A stretch of DNA of 64,000 nt from the human T2T-CHM13v2.0 reference genome, Homo sapiens, in assembly GCF_009914755.1 (NCBI RefSeq), contig NC_060928.1. The stretch is one strand, 5' to 3'. Every line of letters begins with the position of its first letter. Position 1 is the first letter of the stretch. Below, piece after piece: positions 59,411-64,000 of this stretch. The translations under genes and the position numbers were made by a program. Below the pieces are notes generated by a model, which worked only from the letters and a program-made list of their open reading frames with translations, was not told where the DNA came from and made no database searches.

Positions 59411-59594
59411 GTACATTTGAAAAAACCCTAATACACCAGTTTCTTTAGAAGACGATTTCCAAGATTTATTTCTGAAGAAATGTTTGTAAACACATATTTA
59501 AAAGTGCTCGGAAGATTTAAGTGTGTAACTCAGAAATATGCTAAGAGATTTTTCAAATTATTCTGTTATTTGAATACAATTGGTTTATATATAT

Positions 59595-59627
<33 letters not shown>

Positions 59628-59665
59628 TTATATTGCCTACTATATCATCAATTAAAAACATTCAT

Positions 59666-60065
<400 letters not shown>

Positions 60066-60179
60066 CTAAACTGGTTGGTAAAATGTATTCCAAGTCATGA
60101 AAAACATAGCCCATAAATTCTGGACATCCCTGAGCTATATCTCATCTTCTGTAAAAATGCTTAATGACATTTCTAGCAA

Positions 60180-60810
60180 AATATTGATTTTATCAAATAA
60201 TCAGCTTTTTATTTATCAATTTTCTATAGTTTATTTTTAATTTTATTCATTTCTATTCTTATTCTTATTATTTCCTTCCTTATGTTTGTTTTAGGTTTAT
60301 TTTTTATTTTTCTAGTTTCTTGAAGTGAGAACTTAATTATTGATTTGATATCTTTCCTTATAATATGCATTTTCTATAAATTTCCCTTTCTACACTATTT
60401 TAGCAGCATCTGGCATATATTTATATATTTTTGTTTTCATTTAGTTCTATTTGTTTTTACAAATTTCTTCGAGATATTCTCTTTATTTACATATGTTTTT
60501 TAATTGGTAAGCATTTGGGGATTTTTATGTTATCTTTCTGTTACTGATGTCTAGTTAGATTCCATTATGATCAGAGAATATACTTTGTACAATTTCAATT
60601 TTAAAAAACTTCTTAAGGTTTGCTTTACAGACTTGAATATAGCCTCTCTTGGTGAGTAACGAATGGCTGCTTTTAATCTATTAATGTACTTAACAGATTA
60701 AGAATGATAGGTTAATTTAATCTATTTAATAGATTAAAAGCACCTGTGGGTCACTCACCAAGAGAGGCCGTGTTCAAGTAGGGTGGAGTGCTCTATAAGT
60801 GTCAGATTCT
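60180..60810 (-). mobile_element. Old L1M ORF2 fragment containing an inverted repeat
   Basis: T-rich antisense L1 sequence ('ttccattatgatcagagaatatactttgtacaatttcaatt', 'gggtggagtgctctataagtgtc'). Confidence 0.65.
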
Positions 60811-62095
60811 GTTGCCACTCACAGCGCATTATGACAGGTATGTTTCTGTGCCAGTCTCAAACTCCTGAAAGTGATTTTTCCCACCAAGCCAAAGGGGATT
60901 TGTGATGTCTTTCCCACCACTATGAAGCAGAGAATGCAAGCCCTATCTTCAGAGAAAATCCATCCAAGAGAGTGCAGACCTAGGGAGGTGTCAGGCTTAC
61001 AGCAGCACTAGATCTACTAGAATTAATAAACCATAGGTAATATTTTCTGTGATTGGTAATACAACCTTAAAGAAAGCAATGCATGTCTCACTCTGTATAA
61101 GATAAAACAAAACCACATGGGACATCTGGAAAAAATCTAGAGACCCTAAAACCGATTCCTGCCTATGTGAGTGAAAGGTTATTCCTAGTTCCTTAATGGT
61201 AGACTGAGAATCAAAAGCTTATTCTTTATAATTTCTTGTATGTAAATAAATTGTATAGAATCCTGCAAATAGATTTAGTCATTCTCAGAAAGCCCTTTTG
61301 CATTTTCTCAAGCCCAGTGTTAAAGAAACTCTCTAGCTTTTGTTATACATATGTACCTGGACCACATGGTAGAATCCAGAGCGTGTCTCACTAAGATTGC
61401 CTAGAACATTCAGTAACTAAATCATCATTATTTCTTACAAGACTAAGTTAGTATATCAAGTTGAATACTTTTAGAGGGGACAAATAGTTTGACAATTTAT
61501 CTCTACACTATTCTTATTCACCATCACACTTAAATTAGCTTCTTCAGTACTGAAGCAAATTTTGCTACATAGGCATAAAGAATATTTGAGTTAGCCACTC
61601 AATCTGAGTCCTCCTAGACACAGCTGGAACAATAGAAATTAATGTGAATTCTGGCAAAGAAAAGAAATAAATATTCCTTTCTATGTATTTTTTCTTTGTT
61701 GAGGATGATGTGTTGAGGTGTTGTTAGCCACCTCTGACACTAGGTGAAGCTAGCATCCCTCTGAATGAAGACAATATAGAGAAAAGAAGGGGCAAAAAAT
61801 TCAAATTCAGAGACACAGAGCCAGATGACATCATATAAACCCCTGTGTCTGAAGTGAAACTTACTACACTTTTTTGACTTCCAAATTACATGAGCCAAAT
61901 TTGTGGAAGTTTTTGTTTCTTTGTTTTTTATTCTGCACTGGTTAATGTGAATTGAATTTCTGTCACACAAAGTAAGAACCCTAACTAATCCAACCAGACT
62001 GTGTGGAAATGGCTGTCAGGATAATATTGATGGAGATGAAATCACATTGCCTTAGACAGGGCTTAGCGCTCTGTTAGCTATCCTGAGATACCCAC

Positions 62096-62355
62096 CACCA
62101 TAGTAAAGTGCTCCAAATCCTGTGATGTGGACAGTCAAATTTGGTTGGAAGGATGCAGAGGCTTCTGGCAAACAAATCTGGCGTATGTCATCCGAAAAGG
62201 TGACTCTGGAAGAGACCTGCACAACAGCAATGTCGTACTCTCTTGCTGCAGAGCGGTACTTCTCATGGATAATAAATCTTCTGACATTTCTTTTCATTAA
62301 GGGAGGGTTGATTTTTGTTCCAAAACTAACAGTCCATTGATGTGGATTTTTATAC
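62096..62355 (-). CDS. TMPRSS11A: TMPRSS11A protease-domain exon (catalytic Asp)
   Basis: ttccAG|G TAT AAA...GGT G|GTgggt, 260 nt; YKNPHQWTVSFGTKINPPLMKRNVRRFIIHEKYRSAAREYDIAVVQVSSRVTFSDDIRQICLPEASASFQPNLTVHITGFGALYYG; phases fit the next exons. Confidence 0.97.
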
Positions 62356-62604
62356 CTGGAAAAGGTTAGAAATTAACAGAATATATATAAGCTGCCCAAA
62401 GTATATGAGCTAGATTAATTGCATTTAGGCTAATATAAGAGAAATACAATCCTGAGAATACTTGGCTGCAGTTATAGTTTTCTTTTATCATTTAAATATA
62501 ATCTATTGCTAATGTTTTGAAAGATAAAATCATATAAATGCCATATTAGAACTGATATTTAATACAAAACTATTGAATTTTAGAACTGTAATACACATAA
62601 AATA

Positions 62605-63300
62605 TCATTCATTTATCCCTTCCACAAATATTTACTGAGCATCTGTGTGCTGAGCCTTATCTGAACTGCTGGGGATAAAGTGATGAACAGGACCTAAGGT
62701 GCCTGCTCACAGGAGTATAAGATTCCAGAGAAGGAAAAGGATCAAAGCAAGCAAACAAATAGATAAATAATCTTAAACATTGATAAAGGCTATGAACAAA
62801 ATAAAATAGGGTAACGGAATAGAGTACTAACAGGTCATTATGATTATTTTGATAACGCATTTGGGCTAAGACATAGTAAAAGAGGGTCAGTGTGAGGAGA
62901 TGAGGGAAACAAGTTTCCAGGCAAAAATCCCAAGGTCTTGGGTTGGATGGGCTGCAGTCAGAACACAAGGGAAAGAATGGTTGGGGGTGAGCTTGGAGAG
63001 GTAAGCAGGGACTAGATTTTAGAGTGTTTTATAGGTCATGATAAAGTGCTTAAATTTTATTGAAGTGATATGGGAATCTACTGGATAATTAAGCCAGAGA
63101 ATAATGTAGTCTCATTTACATTTTTAAAAAACATGTTGGTTCTTTCTGGGGAGTAGATTCTTGAAGGTCAAGAATGGATGTGGTAAAGTCTATTAGATGA
63201 CTGCATAGTCCTTTGAGAGATGATCAAATGTGGTAAATGCGGTTGACTTCTAGCTTGTGGGCTTGGGCAATGGGTGGATTATGGTACATACAGGAATCGG
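62605..63300 (-). mobile_element. L2 3' region
   Basis: 'tcattcatttatcc...caaatatttactgagcatct' L2 tail followed by L2 body. Confidence 0.75.
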
Positions 63301-63649
63301 AAAAATCATTTAGTAGCAATGAAAGATCATCTAGTAAAGACTGTGTTTTATACTTAAGGAAAATAAAGCCTGGATAGGTTAAACTATTTGATTCACATCA
63401 CATATCTGCCTGCCTCTCTCTGCTCTTCCCTTTATAAAACACTGTCTCCCACCAATTTACATTATTTGTATTTTTCAGAAGACTTCCTGCTTTATTTTGT
63501 TATGTGTGACACTAGTCACACATCTGTCTTGGTGTATTTAGTTATTGGAAGCATATTTTAAGGAAGACACTGACAAAGTCTCGAATGTTCAGAGAATAAG
63601 AACCAATGTGGTAGGGCATCTGGAAGTTGGTTCTGGAAAAATGAGGTAA

Positions 63650-64000
63650 TTATATATATATATATATATATTTTTTTTTTTATATATACACACACACATA
63701 TATGCATATATATACACACATATATATGTATGCATATATATGTGTGTGCATATATATACTTTTTTCAAAGTTCAGGGTTACATGTGCAGGTTTGTTACAC
63801 AGGTAAACTTGTGTCATGGGGTTTTGTTGTACATATTATTTCATCACCCAGGTATTAAGCCTAGTACCCATTAGTTATTTTTCCTGATCCTCTCCCTCTA
63901 GCACTCTTCGGTATAGCAAAGACATAGAATCAACCTAAATGCCCATTAGTGATAGACTGGATAAAGAAAATGTGGTATACATACACCATGGAATGCTATG
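63650..64000 (-). mobile_element. L1PA (older, about PA8-PA16) 3' end with (TA)n-decayed tail, abutting a sense L1 segment
   Basis: Antisense 3'UTR 63760-~63908, then sense 'atagcaaagacatagaatcaacctaaatgccc...' running off the window. Confidence 0.8.

Noticed and set aside
62052-62297. ORF-track boundaries for the protease exons (also 57620-57823)
   Set aside because: True exons are set by splice sites (62355-62096, 57855-57713); the ORF ends are intronic read-through

Overview
Human (primate) genomic DNA from the TMPRSS11 (HAT/DESC) type II transmembrane serine protease cluster. Two genes lie on the minus strand. TMPRSS11A is represented by its last three coding exons (62355-62096, 57855-57713, 54628-54467) and its 3'UTR. 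TMPRSS11D/HAT is represented by exon 1 (ATG at 27049), a ~24 kb first intron and exon 2 (2787-2666, signal anchor). The rest is mostly transposon-derived: L1, Alu, L2, MIR, MER/Tigger, a solo LTR12 and an ERV-L remnant. Almost all ORFs in the supplied track are L1/Alu/LTR artefacts. I found no evidence for a new multi-gene system. The most notable items are structural: an L1 with a ~237 bp 3' transduction, a very young (ACG/A-type) 5'-inverted L1 about 3.5 kb upstream of the TMPRSS11D start, a co-oriented solo LTR12 upstream of TMPRSS11D, an unexplained 128 bp 97%-identical direct repeat in intron 1, and several hairpin/inversion scars. Repeat subfamily calls are from recalled consensus features and need RepeatMasker/Dfam confirmation.
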